Shown in pieces: positions 39,254 through 48,271 of a stretch of 64,000 nucleotides of DNA; position 1 is the stretch's first letter; each line of letters opens with the position of its first letter. A program made the position numbers and the translations under genes. The stretch is from contig CAVVHS010000009.1 of assembly GCA_963748215.1 (NCBI GenBank), forward strand, positions 32,001 through 96,000, in the 5' to 3' direction. The DNA is from an uncultured Gammaproteobacteria bacterium. GTDB taxonomy: Bacteria; Pseudomonadota; Gammaproteobacteria; UBA9214. The notes under the pieces are model-generated. The model had not been told where the DNA came from. It worked only from the letters and a program-made list of their open reading frames with translations, and ran no database searches.

Positions 39254-40185
39254 GGGGTCGGACCTTTCTAATATACTGATAAGTAAACGGATAAGGCGAA
39301 AGATCGCCACTTTTCTCGGCTTAGAGCGTACTTTTCAGGCACTTTTAGGGCGAATAAGTGCTCGGTTCCTCCCGCAAGAATAATAAATCTGTTTCTCCCT
39401 CAATCCTCCGCCCCGGATGACAGCGCTTCAGTTCGCGCCCAATCGCATCCAGGTAGTCGCGCTGTCCCACGGCGATACTCATGGTCCACGCCGGGTCGCG
39501 CTCCAGATTGCCCTTCGCAAGCGCCAGTTCCACCCACGTGCGCAGTCCGTCGCGCAAACTGTCCGCATCGACAAAACCCAGTAATGCGGAAAGTGCTGCC
39601 ACATCGATGCAGCGATAGCGTTTCGGCAACGACTGAATTTCGTTGTATCCCGCATGCGCCCAGTCCGCAGGATGTTCGACTGCGCGCGCCCGGACCATGT
39701 TCAGGTCGATGTAGACCATACACCGCGCCAGATGCCCATCCGATTGCACGGCGGTTGCATGGTAGCGATCTTCCCAGTAGGCGCCTTTGCGGGACTTCCG
39801 GCGATTGAACTGTTGTGCCACCCGTCCGGCAATCAACTGCATGCTGCGCGCGATCTCTCCGTGCCCCCTGTCCTTGACCAGCAAATGGACATGGTTCGAC
39901 GTCACGACATAATTCAGCACGCACAGGTCAAAGCGCCTGCGTGCCTGATACAGCCAGTACACCCAGGCACGACGATCCTTCGCAAACTTGAGCAGGAACT
40001 GTTGTTTGTGACAGCGATGCGTGATGTGCCAGACATGACCTGGCAGAAAATACCGATGTGCACGGGGCATCGACTTCCTCCTTGAAGCTACGTTTTCGAG
40101 CCTGAAAACGACGTTTAAGGCCCATACCATAGCCAAATATGAACACTTATTGCTTGAGGATCAGTCTGATAAAGAGGTCCGACCC
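39254..40185 (-). mobile_element. Y1 HUH transposase element bounded by imperfect inverted ends
   Basis: GGGTCGGACCT at 39255 and its reverse complement at 40175-40185; second motif pair at 39320-39340 and 40100-40119. Confidence 0.65.
39345..40070 (-). CDS. Y1 (IS200/RAYT-superfamily) HUH transposase
   Basis: MPRAHR..PG..WHITHRC, SNHVHLLV, WEDRY and YIDLNMVRA motifs. Confidence 0.9.
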   Translation of the reverse strand: MPRAHRYFLPGHVWHITHRCHKQQFLLKFAKDRRAWVYWLYQARRRFDLCVLNYVVTSNHVHLLVKDRGHGEIARSMQLIAGRVAQQFNRRKSRKGAYWEDRYHATAVQSDGHLARCMVYIDLNMVRARAVEHPADWAHAGYNEIQSLPKRYRCIDVAALSALLGFVDADSLRDGLRTWVELALAKGNLERDPAWTMSIAVGQRDYLDAIGRELKRCHPGRRIEGETDLLFLREEPSTYSP

Positions 40186-40228
40186 TGTCCCGACTGTCCC
40201 ACGATGCCGGGAATCCTGTGGACGACAG

Positions 40229-40255
40229 TCAAGGGCTTGCCCGCACGGCCGAAAA
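40229..40255 (+). promoter_or_regulatory. candidate sigma-28 promoter of the HDOD gene
   Basis: TCAAG-N14-GCCGAAAA. Confidence 0.6.
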
Positions 40256-40276
40256 AGAGGAAAGGGAGATTGTCTG

Positions 40277-41173
40277 ATGGACCAGCCGACCAATTGCCTC
40301 TGGGAACGAGTCATCGCGGACGCGCAGCTGCTGACGCTGCCGGCCGTCTATCTGCGCCTGAAGGAGGTGCTGGACGATCCCGATTATGCCGTCTCCGATG
40401 TCGAGGGTGCCATCAGCTCGGACCCTGCCATCGCCACGCGCCTGCTGCGCCAGGCCAACAGCCCCTATTTTGGTTTTGCCTCGAAGATCGAAACCATCTC
40501 GCGCGCCGTCGGTTTGCTCGGTTCACAGCAGGTTCACGACCTGGTCCTGGCTACCTCGGTGGCGCAGACCTTTTCCGGTATTTCCATCGAGGTGATGGAC
40601 ATGCACGCCTTCTGGACACGCAGCGTCTACTGCGCGGCGGCCGCGCGCCTTTTGGCGGTGAACTGCAACATACTCGATAGCGAGCGGTTGTTCGTCGCCG
40701 GCCTGCTGCGGGATATCGGGCACCTGGTCATGTACCAGTCGATTCCGGACGAAGCAAAGGCGGCCTTGCTGCGTGCCCGGGAGGATGGCCGCTCATTGTA
40801 CGAGGTGGAGCGCGAGGTGGTCGGCTTCGATTATGCGCAACTGGGCGGAGCGTTGTTGCAACAGTGGGGACTACCCAAGGGCCTGTGGGAGCCGGTGCAG
40901 GTGCAAGTTACGCCCGAGCAGGCAACCGAATATTCACTGGAGGCCTCGATTGTGCATCTCGCCGGGGTGCTCAGCGATGTGGGTCAGACCGAGGATGACG
41001 AGCGCGACGCCTTCGTGCAGCTGGTGCATCCGTCCGTCTGGGAGTCCACCGGCCTGACGCGCGAGCAGTGCGCGGCGATCCAGGACGAGGTCGAAAGCCA
41101 GCTCGATGGTGTGATGTACCTGATCTTTCCCGGCTCCAAGACCGTGCATGCCGGTTCGCGGCTCGCGATGTAA
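40277..41173 (+). CDS. HDOD-domain protein
   Basis: LLTLP, DPAIATRLLRQANS, AGLLRDIG and WGLP motifs. Confidence 0.9.
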   Translation: MDQPTNCLWERVIADAQLLTLPAVYLRLKEVLDDPDYAVSDVEGAISSDPAIATRLLRQANSPYFGFASKIETISRAVGLLGSQQVHDLVLATSVAQTFSGISIEVMDMHAFWTRSVYCAAAARLLAVNCNILDSERLFVAGLLRDIGHLVMYQSIPDEAKAALLRAREDGRSLYEVEREVVGFDYAQLGGALLQQWGLPKGLWEPVQVQVTPEQATEYSLEASIVHLAGVLSDVGQTEDDERDAFVQLVHPSVWESTGLTREQCAAIQDEVESQLDGVMYLIFPGSKTVHAGSRLAM

Positions 41174-41182
41174 CAGCCTGTC

Positions 41183-41459
41183 GGTGCGTGGAACGCACCC
41201 TACGTTACTGTCAGCCTGGGTAGGGTGCGCTCGGTGCACCGTGAATCCTGCGACATGCCCGAGGTATATCGGTGCGTAAAACGCACCCTACGGTGACGGG
41301 GGTATTTCCAGTGCGTAAAACGCACCCTACGGTGCCGGGCATTGTCTGCCTGGGTAGGGTGTACTTGGTGCACCGTGATTCCTGTGCCATGCCCGGTTTA
41401 TATCGGTGCGTAAAACGCACCCTACGTTCCGGGAATTTCTCTGCGTAAACCCACCCTGC
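41183..41459. repeat. GTAG REP cluster
   Basis: About seven units with irregular spacing. Confidence 0.9.
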
Positions 41460-41490
41460 GATCGATGAAATGGGTCGACCCTGTCACATA

Positions 41491-41517
41491 TCAAGAATAC
41501 CGCTATAGGGCCGCTAA
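41491..41517 (+). promoter_or_regulatory. candidate sigma-28 promoter of the diguanylate cyclase gene
   Basis: TCAAG-N14-GCCGCTAA. Confidence 0.6.
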
Positions 41518-41577
41518 CAGGCTGAGGACAGGCGTATCAATCACCGCACCCGGTGCGTAACAAGACGAAAAACTAGC

Positions 41578-42747
41578 ATGATCAATGAATTACGGGATGC
41601 ATGGCGGGCCTCCGGCTTCAGTTCCGGGGAGGTGGCGCTGTTTGCGCGCAGTGCGATGCTGGAAGAGACCCGGCGCGGCCTGGTGCTGATGGGTATCGTG
41701 TTGCTGTGTATCTTCAGCGCCAGTGCGCTGCTGTTTTACCAATTCGGATTCGCGCACTCCACCGTCTATACCACTGGCCTGCTGGCCTTGCTGTCCGCCC
41801 ACATCATGGTATCGGCACGCGCCGCGCGCGATGCCAGCGCACTGTATATGCTTGGCACCACCCTGTTGATGATCAGCGGCACGGCGTTCGTGTTGCTGGC
41901 GCACAAGACCGGTGATTTCAACCAGGTGCTGTTTGCCAGTGTAGCGCTGCTGTTCATGGTGGCACCGCTGGTGCCGTGGGGCCTGCGCGAGGCCTTGCTG
42001 GTCACCGTGCTGATTTATCTTACCTTTACCGTTTCCACACTGACGTCCTACGAACGCTTTGACAGTAAATCGCTGTGGTCGCTGCAGTTCATCATGCTAA
42101 GCGCCGGCCTGATCAGTTTATTGCTGGTGATGCGCAACACGACCATTCGCAAGGCCGACCTGCAGACGCGTTTCGACCTGGAGCAGACCAACCGCAAAAT
42201 ACTGCACCTGTCCAACAAGGACCCGCTGACCGGTGCATGGAACCGGCGATTCCTGAAGAACGTGTTCGAGGCGAAGACGCAGGCATGGCATGCCGATGGC
42301 AAGGATTTTCATTTCGCCTATCTCGACCTGGACAATTTCAAGCCTATCAATGATAACTGCGGGCATGATTTTGGTGACGAGGTGCTGCGTTGCGTCAGCC
42401 AACACTTCACCGCGGCCCTGGGTGATGATGGTTACCTGGTGCGCATGGGTGGCGATGAGTTTGCCCTGTTGTACACCAGCGATGACCCCGAGCAGCAGAT
42501 TACCAACTGCCTGCAAAAAATCCGGGCGGCTATCCGCTCGCCGGGCCAGTGCAAGTCGATGGCCATCGGTATGAGCGTCGGGCTGGCCAGCGTGCCGGTG
42601 GGGGTCGAGCTCTCGCAGGAGGCCATCTACCGGGAGGCCGATGAGGCTCTGTACAGCGCCAAGGCGCGCAAGGGGCAGTACCGGGACACGGCAAATGTTG
42701 TCAGCCGTGTGCTGGATGGGTCTGAACGGTCACAAACCGTCGCCTGA
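41578..42747 (+). CDS. membrane diguanylate cyclase
   Basis: Multiple TM segments; DPLTG, DLDNFK, RMGGDEF and ADEALY motifs. Confidence 0.92.
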   Translation: MINELRDAWRASGFSSGEVALFARSAMLEETRRGLVLMGIVLLCIFSASALLFYQFGFAHSTVYTTGLLALLSAHIMVSARAARDASALYMLGTTLLMISGTAFVLLAHKTGDFNQVLFASVALLFMVAPLVPWGLREALLVTVLIYLTFTVSTLTSYERFDSKSLWSLQFIMLSAGLISLLLVMRNTTIRKADLQTRFDLEQTNRKILHLSNKDPLTGAWNRRFLKNVFEAKTQAWHADGKDFHFAYLDLDNFKPINDNCGHDFGDEVLRCVSQHFTAALGDDGYLVRMGGDEFALLYTSDDPEQQITNCLQKIRAAIRSPGQCKSMAIGMSVGLASVPVGVELSQEAIYREADEALYSAKARKGQYRDTANVVSRVLDGSERSQTVA

Positions 42748-42754
42748 GTCCTGT

Positions 42755-43012
42755 AGTGCGTAGAACGCACCCTGCGTCCTGGCCGTGTCGCAAACACGCC
42801 CCCGGATCCAGGTAGGGTGCACTCCGTGTACCGTTTTGTGGTGCGTAGAACGCACCCTACGGTTCCGTTTTGCGGTGCGTGGAACGCATCCTGGATCCGG
42901 GTCGGGGTGCATGGCATCTCCGGTTCCGGGTAGGGTGCACTCCGTGCACCGTTTTGCGGTGCGTAAAACGCACCCTACGGTTCCGTTTTTCGGTGCGTGG
43001 AACGCACCCTGC
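42755..43012. repeat. GTAG REP cluster
   Basis: About seven units with irregular spacing. Confidence 0.88.
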
Positions 43013-43085
43013 GGTTTCGTTTTACGATGTGCAGAGCGTACCCGGCATCGGCACGTCACACCTCACGCCCGCCCCTCGGCCCAGC

Positions 43086-43112
43086 TCAAGAATAGAGCTG
43101 TTCGGCCGATCA
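43086..43112 (+). promoter_or_regulatory. candidate sigma-28 promoter of the pilMNOP-secretin operon
   Basis: TCAAG-N14-GCCGATCA. Confidence 0.65.
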
Positions 43113-43183
43113 TGTGTCAATAGAAATTTTATTCAAGACAGAGACCTACGATGAACTTTCGGGGTTCAGGGGAAGCTCGCTGA

Positions 43184-44320
43184 ATGGGCGCACTGGCTGC
43201 AGTCCTGCAACGTTTTCAACCGGGCGCCAATGCCAGGCGCATCGGCTGCATCGGTATGGAGTGCGCGCTGAATGCCGTGCACCTGGTGCAGCTGGCCGCA
43301 GACAGTCAGGGCGCGATCACCGTGCATGCCATGGCCTCGCAGCCCTACCCCTGCACGCGTGACGAGCTGTTCGCCTCGCCACGGCAATTCCGTGCGCTGG
43401 TGCGTACGGCGCTGGCACAGGGCAATTTCCGCGGACGCGCTATCGTTACCACCCTGCCATCCTCCGATGTGAACATCATGCCGGTCTCGTACCACGTCGC
43501 CGAGGGCGGGACGGATGATGCGGCGTTACTGGGTGTGATGGCGGAACGACTGGACGGTGACTTGAGCAACTATGTGATCGATTATCTCCCGGTACGTTCG
43601 GAACGCGGTATGGAAGAGCGCCAGGCGATTGTGGCCGTTGCGCAGCGCGATTTCGTCATCAACTATCTCGAGCTGCTGCGCAAGAGCGGGCTGGAGACCC
43701 GGCACCTGGAGATCGGGCCATCGGCCATACGCCGGCTGGTCAGTGCGATGGGGACGCAAGGCGAGCACCACAACGTGCTGGCAATCAATTTCGGACGCGA
43801 GTCGAGTTTCCTGACCGTGATTTCCGGCGCGCGATTGCTGTTCGACCAGGAGATACCGTTCGGCGAGAATCGACTGCTGAACCTGGTTGCCACGACACTG
43901 GAGCTCCCGGTCGAGTCTGTAAGTCAGCTGATTGCCGCGAACAGCCTGGATCCCTGGGTGAAGGACCGGCGCAGCCTGCGCGAGGGTATGGACCGGGAAG
44001 CATCGCTCACGCTGCAGGAAATCGTAAAGCCTGAGTTTCTCAAGCTGGTCGAGGAAATCAACCGCACATTGATCTACGCTGCCTCGCAAACGCGAGGCGA
44101 GTCGGTGACCCGCATCTACCTGCTTGGCAGCCTGGCGCGCTGGCAGGGTGCCGATGCCTTGCTGCACAAGCTGGTGAACCTGGATGTAGAGACGATCCCG
44201 GACCCGTTCCGGGTGTTTTGCAAGACAGCAGAGTCGCCGTCACCGGCGACGGTCGCACCGTCACCGGAGATTGCGGTGGCCACCGGCCTGGCCATGAACG
44301 GGCTGACCGAACATGACTGA
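43184..44320 (+). CDS. PilM-like pilus assembly protein
   Basis: Actin-like pattern (IGME, INFG, IYLLGS, AVATGLA); first gene of the operon. Confidence 0.82.
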   Translation: MGALAAVLQRFQPGANARRIGCIGMECALNAVHLVQLAADSQGAITVHAMASQPYPCTRDELFASPRQFRALVRTALAQGNFRGRAIVTTLPSSDVNIMPVSYHVAEGGTDDAALLGVMAERLDGDLSNYVIDYLPVRSERGMEERQAIVAVAQRDFVINYLELLRKSGLETRHLEIGPSAIRRLVSAMGTQGEHHNVLAINFGRESSFLTVISGARLLFDQEIPFGENRLLNLVATTLELPVESVSQLIAANSLDPWVKDRRSLREGMDREASLTLQEIVKPEFLKLVEEINRTLIYAASQTRGESVTRIYLLGSLARWQGADALLHKLVNLDVETIPDPFRVFCKTAESPSPATVAPSPEIAVATGLAMNGLTEHD

Positions 44321-44963
44321 AATCGATCTCATACCGACGGACTACCGCAACCGCGTCTGGCTGCAGGGCAGGGCACGCCAGGTTGTCAGCGTGGTCGTAG
44401 TGCTGCTGGTTGTACTGTTGCTTGCCATGACGACCATGCATTACCTGTCCGGCAAGACGAATGCCCGGATCGCGGAACTGCAGGCGCAGCAGGCCATTAC
44501 GGCCCAGCAGCGCGAACAGCTGACCCAGCTGGACGGCAATCGCGCCGAGCTGGAAAGCCGGCTTGCCCTGCTGGGTGGTCTGCGCGGTGGCGCGGCGGCA
44601 TCGGCTATGTTCGTCGCCATTGACCGTGCCATGGTCGAGGGTGATGTCTGGTTCAAGGGCTGGGAGTTCAACCGCGCCGGCAGTGTGGTCGAGCGCAGGC
44701 AGGAGGCCACCAGCAACGGTTATTTCATTGTCATGCCGGCTGCCAACGGCACCGAGAGCACCGAGGCCTGGAAGATCGAGACCCACATGAAGATCCGCGG
44801 CCAGGCAAAGGATCATTCCGCGCTGTCCGGTTTTGTCAGGCGCCTCTACCAGCAGCCGGAGATCCTGGATGTGCGGATTCTCAACACCGCGGTGGCTGCC
44901 AATAGCCGCTTCGTCGATTTCAACCTGGCGGTCACCGTCAATGGTCGCGAGGCGGGCAGCTGA
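44313..44963 (+). CDS. PilN-like protein
   Basis: EIDLIP N-terminal motif, TM segment, coiled coil. Confidence 0.82.
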   Translation: MTEIDLIPTDYRNRVWLQGRARQVVSVVVVLLVVLLLAMTTMHYLSGKTNARIAELQAQQAITAQQREQLTQLDGNRAELESRLALLGGLRGGAAASAMFVAIDRAMVEGDVWFKGWEFNRAGSVVERRQEATSNGYFIVMPAANGTESTEAWKIETHMKIRGQAKDHSALSGFVRRLYQQPEILDVRILNTAVAANSRFVDFNLAVTVNGREAGS

Positions 44964-45526
44964 TGCACCCGCTCCTGATCAATACGCCGCCACGTACCGT
45001 TATCCTGGTGATGGTATCCATGGCACTGCTGGCGATGGCCGCACTGGCGAGCTATGTCGTCTGGCCGGAATACAAGGACTACCGCAAGTCGCTCACCAGC
45101 CTGCGGCTGCTGGAAAATGTTGCCGCCAGGGGCGATACGCTCGAGCGTGAGATGGCCGATCTGCAGGGGCGGGTGGAGTCGCTGAATCACCAGTTGCACG
45201 GCGATATGGTCAATCTTCCCAGAAACCAGATGGAGTCGTTCATCATCGGTCGCCTGCAGGGTATCTCGTGGCGCAATCATGTCGAACTGCTGAGTGTGAC
45301 GCCCGGCATGGGTGGCAGGGTGCAGGTATTCGAGGAAGTGCTCTTCAACGTCCGGGTATCGGGGGATTACTTCGATCTGTACCAGTGGCTCAAGGACATG
45401 CGCGAGGAGCTCGGTTATGTGGTCGTCAAGCAGTTCAATATCACTCCCGGAGCTACCGCAGGCCAGGCAGAGGGGCTGACCGCCACTTTCACCATCGTGT
45501 CCTACCGGGAGGCGGAAAATGCCTAG
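44963..45526 (+). CDS. PilO-like protein
   Basis: TM segment, coiled coil, VSGDYFDL; operon position. Confidence 0.8.
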   Translation: MHPLLINTPPRTVILVMVSMALLAMAALASYVVWPEYKDYRKSLTSLRLLENVAARGDTLEREMADLQGRVESLNHQLHGDMVNLPRNQMESFIIGRLQGISWRNHVELLSVTPGMGGRVQVFEEVLFNVRVSGDYFDLYQWLKDMREELGYVVVKQFNITPGATAGQAEGLTATFTIVSYREAENA

Positions 45527-45893
45527 GGGCATGGCCTGTATCCTGTTGCTGGCCGTGTCACTGCTGCAAGCAGTCGCGCAGGCGGCGGACGGGGCCGGGC
45601 CGTTGCGCATCAATCCCTTTGTGCAGCCCGAGGTCGTTGCGGATGTGGCAAGCACCGCGGTGTCCAGCGTAGAAGATTCCATGGTATTGCGCGGGATCAT
45701 GCTGGCCGGGGAACAGTCGCTGGCAAATATCGGCGGCAAGATCGTCGGTATAGGCCAGGAGATCAATGGCTACCGGCTGATTGCCGTGAATGAAAGTAAC
45801 GTGGTGCTCGATCGGGATGGAACACGCAGGGAACTCGGGGTCAGCAAACAGGATGGAAACGAATACGATGAGCGGCGTACAGGCAGAAGGTAA
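45519..45893 (+). CDS. PilP/GspC-like small exported protein
   Basis: RINPF and LRGIML...ANIGG...GQEINGY; position before the secretin. Confidence 0.6.
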   Translation: MPRGMACILLLAVSLLQAVAQAADGAGPLRINPFVQPEVVADVASTAVSSVEDSMVLRGIMLAGEQSLANIGGKIVGIGQEINGYRLIAVNESNVVLDRDGTRRELGVSKQDGNEYDERRTGRR

Positions 45894-47250
45894 TTATTGG
45901 CGCGCTGCAATGCTGCTGCTAACAGCGGCATTGCTGTTGCTGCTGTTGACCAGGCCGCTGTACGGCGCGGAGACCGGGATTGTGCATGACGGCAAGATCA
46001 CCCTGACCTTGCGCAAGGTCGAGATTGCAGAGGTCATGGAGATGCTGTCGCGCGCGGCGCGCGTGAATATCCTGCTGTCCGATGACGTGAACGGGGAGAT
46101 CTCCGTCAATCTCTATGATGTCGGGATCAACGAGGCCATTCACTCGATTGCCAGCTCCGCCGGCTACGGTGTGGAACGCCGCGGCGGCAGTTATTTTATA
46201 GTGGAGCGTGACCAGGCGGGCAAGTCCGAGCCCGGTGGCCCGACCGAGGTGCGCACTTTCAAGGTGCAGTACTCCGACCCCGAGCTTGTCGCCGGCATCC
46301 TGAAGAATCACCTGTCCAGCTATGGTCAGGTGACCACGCTGCCGGAACGCCGCCTGCTGATCGTGGAAGACACGCCGCACTTCCTCGGGCGCATCCAGAA
46401 GCTGCTGAAAGAGATCGACCGTCAGCCGCGCCAGATCCTGATCGAGGCCAAGATACTCGAGGTGTCGCTGACCGATTCGGAATCCTACGGCCTGGACTGG
46501 GTGAAAATCTTCGAGTCCGGCGACGCGGCAATCGGCACCCAGGGGCTGGGCAGTCCCGGTTCTCCAGGCCTGTTCTTCAACTACATCACGCCGGATGTGG
46601 AAGTGTTCCTGGATGCATTGCGGACACGTGGCCGCACCCGCACCCTGTCGACCCCGAAGCTGCTGGCGCTGGAAGACCAGGAGGCGGAAACCATCATCGG
46701 CAACCGGCTTGGCTACAACGTGACCACCACCATCGACAACGTGACCACCACCTCGGTCGAGTTCCTCGAATCCGGTGTGATCATGAAGGTCAAGCCGTCG
46801 GTAGACGGTGAAGGTCGCATCTTCCTGGAAATCCATCCCGAGGTGAGTACCGGTGATGTACTGAACGGCCTGCCCAGCCAGTCGACCGCCGAGGTCACCA
46901 CGTCCATGCTGGTGGAGAGCGGTCAGACGGTCTTCATCGGCGGGTTGATTACGCGCAACCAGGGCAAGACCCGCGAGGGTATACCGATCCTGGGTGATAT
47001 CCCCGGCATCGGCAGTCTGTTCTCGAACAAGCTGATCACCAGCCAGAACACCGAGCTGGTGGTGCTGGTGACGCCCTACCTCATCGACAATGACAAGGTG
47101 CCGCTGGACGGCGGCAATGCTGCGAATGTGGCAGCGGTGGCGGAACAGCTCGAGGTGCAACCGCGCGATATCGATCGCGTGCTGGAAAAGATGGGTTACT
47201 TCGAGGACACCTTCGAGGCTGCAGGTACTGAGTCGGATTTCAATTTCTGA
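45868..47250 (+). CDS. secretin (PilQ/GspD family)
   Basis: QILIEAKILEV, LSTPKL, SGQTVFIGGL, IPILGDIPGIGSLF and VTPY motifs. Confidence 0.93.
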   Translation: MSGVQAEGNYWRAAMLLLTAALLLLLLTRPLYGAETGIVHDGKITLTLRKVEIAEVMEMLSRAARVNILLSDDVNGEISVNLYDVGINEAIHSIASSAGYGVERRGGSYFIVERDQAGKSEPGGPTEVRTFKVQYSDPELVAGILKNHLSSYGQVTTLPERRLLIVEDTPHFLGRIQKLLKEIDRQPRQILIEAKILEVSLTDSESYGLDWVKIFESGDAAIGTQGLGSPGSPGLFFNYITPDVEVFLDALRTRGRTRTLSTPKLLALEDQEAETIIGNRLGYNVTTTIDNVTTTSVEFLESGVIMKVKPSVDGEGRIFLEIHPEVSTGDVLNGLPSQSTAEVTTSMLVESGQTVFIGGLITRNQGKTREGIPILGDIPGIGSLFSNKLITSQNTELVVLVTPYLIDNDKVPLDGGNAANVAAVAEQLEVQPRDIDRVLEKMGYFEDTFEAAGTESDFNF

Positions 47251-47347
47251 TACACCGTGCGCTGTGCACGTCGGCAGGCCGGCTTGCCGTGTGGTGGCGG
47301 CAGGGTGATAGTACAAACCGCGGCCTGGCTGCTAAGATGCAGCTTGT

Positions 47348-48127
47348 GTGGAACAACAGGGGGCGGCGGGACTCGTGATCCGGTTTGTCGGCATCGTTAT
47401 CTGGCGCATCGTCTGCTGGCTTGAACTCGCCCTGTTCACGCTGGTGATGTACCTGCTGTCCTGGCTGCCCGGTACGCTGCTCAAGGGGTTTTATTTCCCG
47501 CTGTTCAGGTTCTGGGCGCGCAGCTTCGTGCGGGCGCTCGGCGTCGACCTGCGGGTACACCAGAAATACACCAGCCAGGGCCTGCCGCAGCAGTACATCC
47601 TGATTGCCAACCATCCCTCCGCATTCGAGGATGTCGGCATACCGGCCGTGTTTCCCGTTCATTCGCTGGCCAAGATCGAGGTGAAGGACTGGTGGCTGGT
47701 CGGGCGCATCAGTGCCGCGGCGGGCTCACTGTACGTACAGCGCGAGTCGAAGGAGTCGCGCAATGCCGCAGCCGAGGAGATCGACCGCGAGTTGGCCGCC
47801 GGTAAAAACATCGCGCTGTATCCCGAGGGCGGTTGCAAGGGTCGGCGTATTTTCGACACGTTCCGCTACGGTGCCTTCGACATCTCGCTGCGCACCGGCA
47901 TACCCATCCTGCCGGTGTTTCTGCACTACGATTCGCAGGACGATTTCGAGTGGCGCGCTCCGCAGACCCTGCTGCACAAGATCTGGCATATGAGCATCAC
48001 CCGCAACCATCGCGTCAATTTCTACGTCTACGACGCCTTCGATCCCCGGCAGTTCTCAGACAAAGAGTCGTATGCCGCCTATGCACACGGCAAATTCCTG
48101 GAGTGGCAGGCCCGCTATCTCGACTGA
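47348..48127 (+). CDS. lysophospholipid acyltransferase (PlsC family)
   Basis: NHPSAFED (HX4D) and YPEG motifs. Confidence 0.88.
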   Translation: MEQQGAAGLVIRFVGIVIWRIVCWLELALFTLVMYLLSWLPGTLLKGFYFPLFRFWARSFVRALGVDLRVHQKYTSQGLPQQYILIANHPSAFEDVGIPAVFPVHSLAKIEVKDWWLVGRISAAAGSLYVQRESKESRNAAAEEIDRELAAGKNIALYPEGGCKGRRIFDTFRYGAFDISLRTGIPILPVFLHYDSQDDFEWRAPQTLLHKIWHMSITRNHRVNFYVYDAFDPRQFSDKESYAAYAHGKFLEWQARYLD

Positions 48128-48271
48128 GCCGGTCCCGCACCCCTGGCCGGTATCGACAAGATCGATACCATCTGCCGTGCGAAGCCCGTCTACCAGTGGT
48201 AGCCGGGATGCCGCCACAGCGTCTCGTACATCCGTTATCCGTCGAGTGCGCTGTGCGCACCGGAAGACCAG

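Noticed and set aside
27125-39358. Integron cassette array
   Set aside because: No integron integrase and no convincing attC sites were seen
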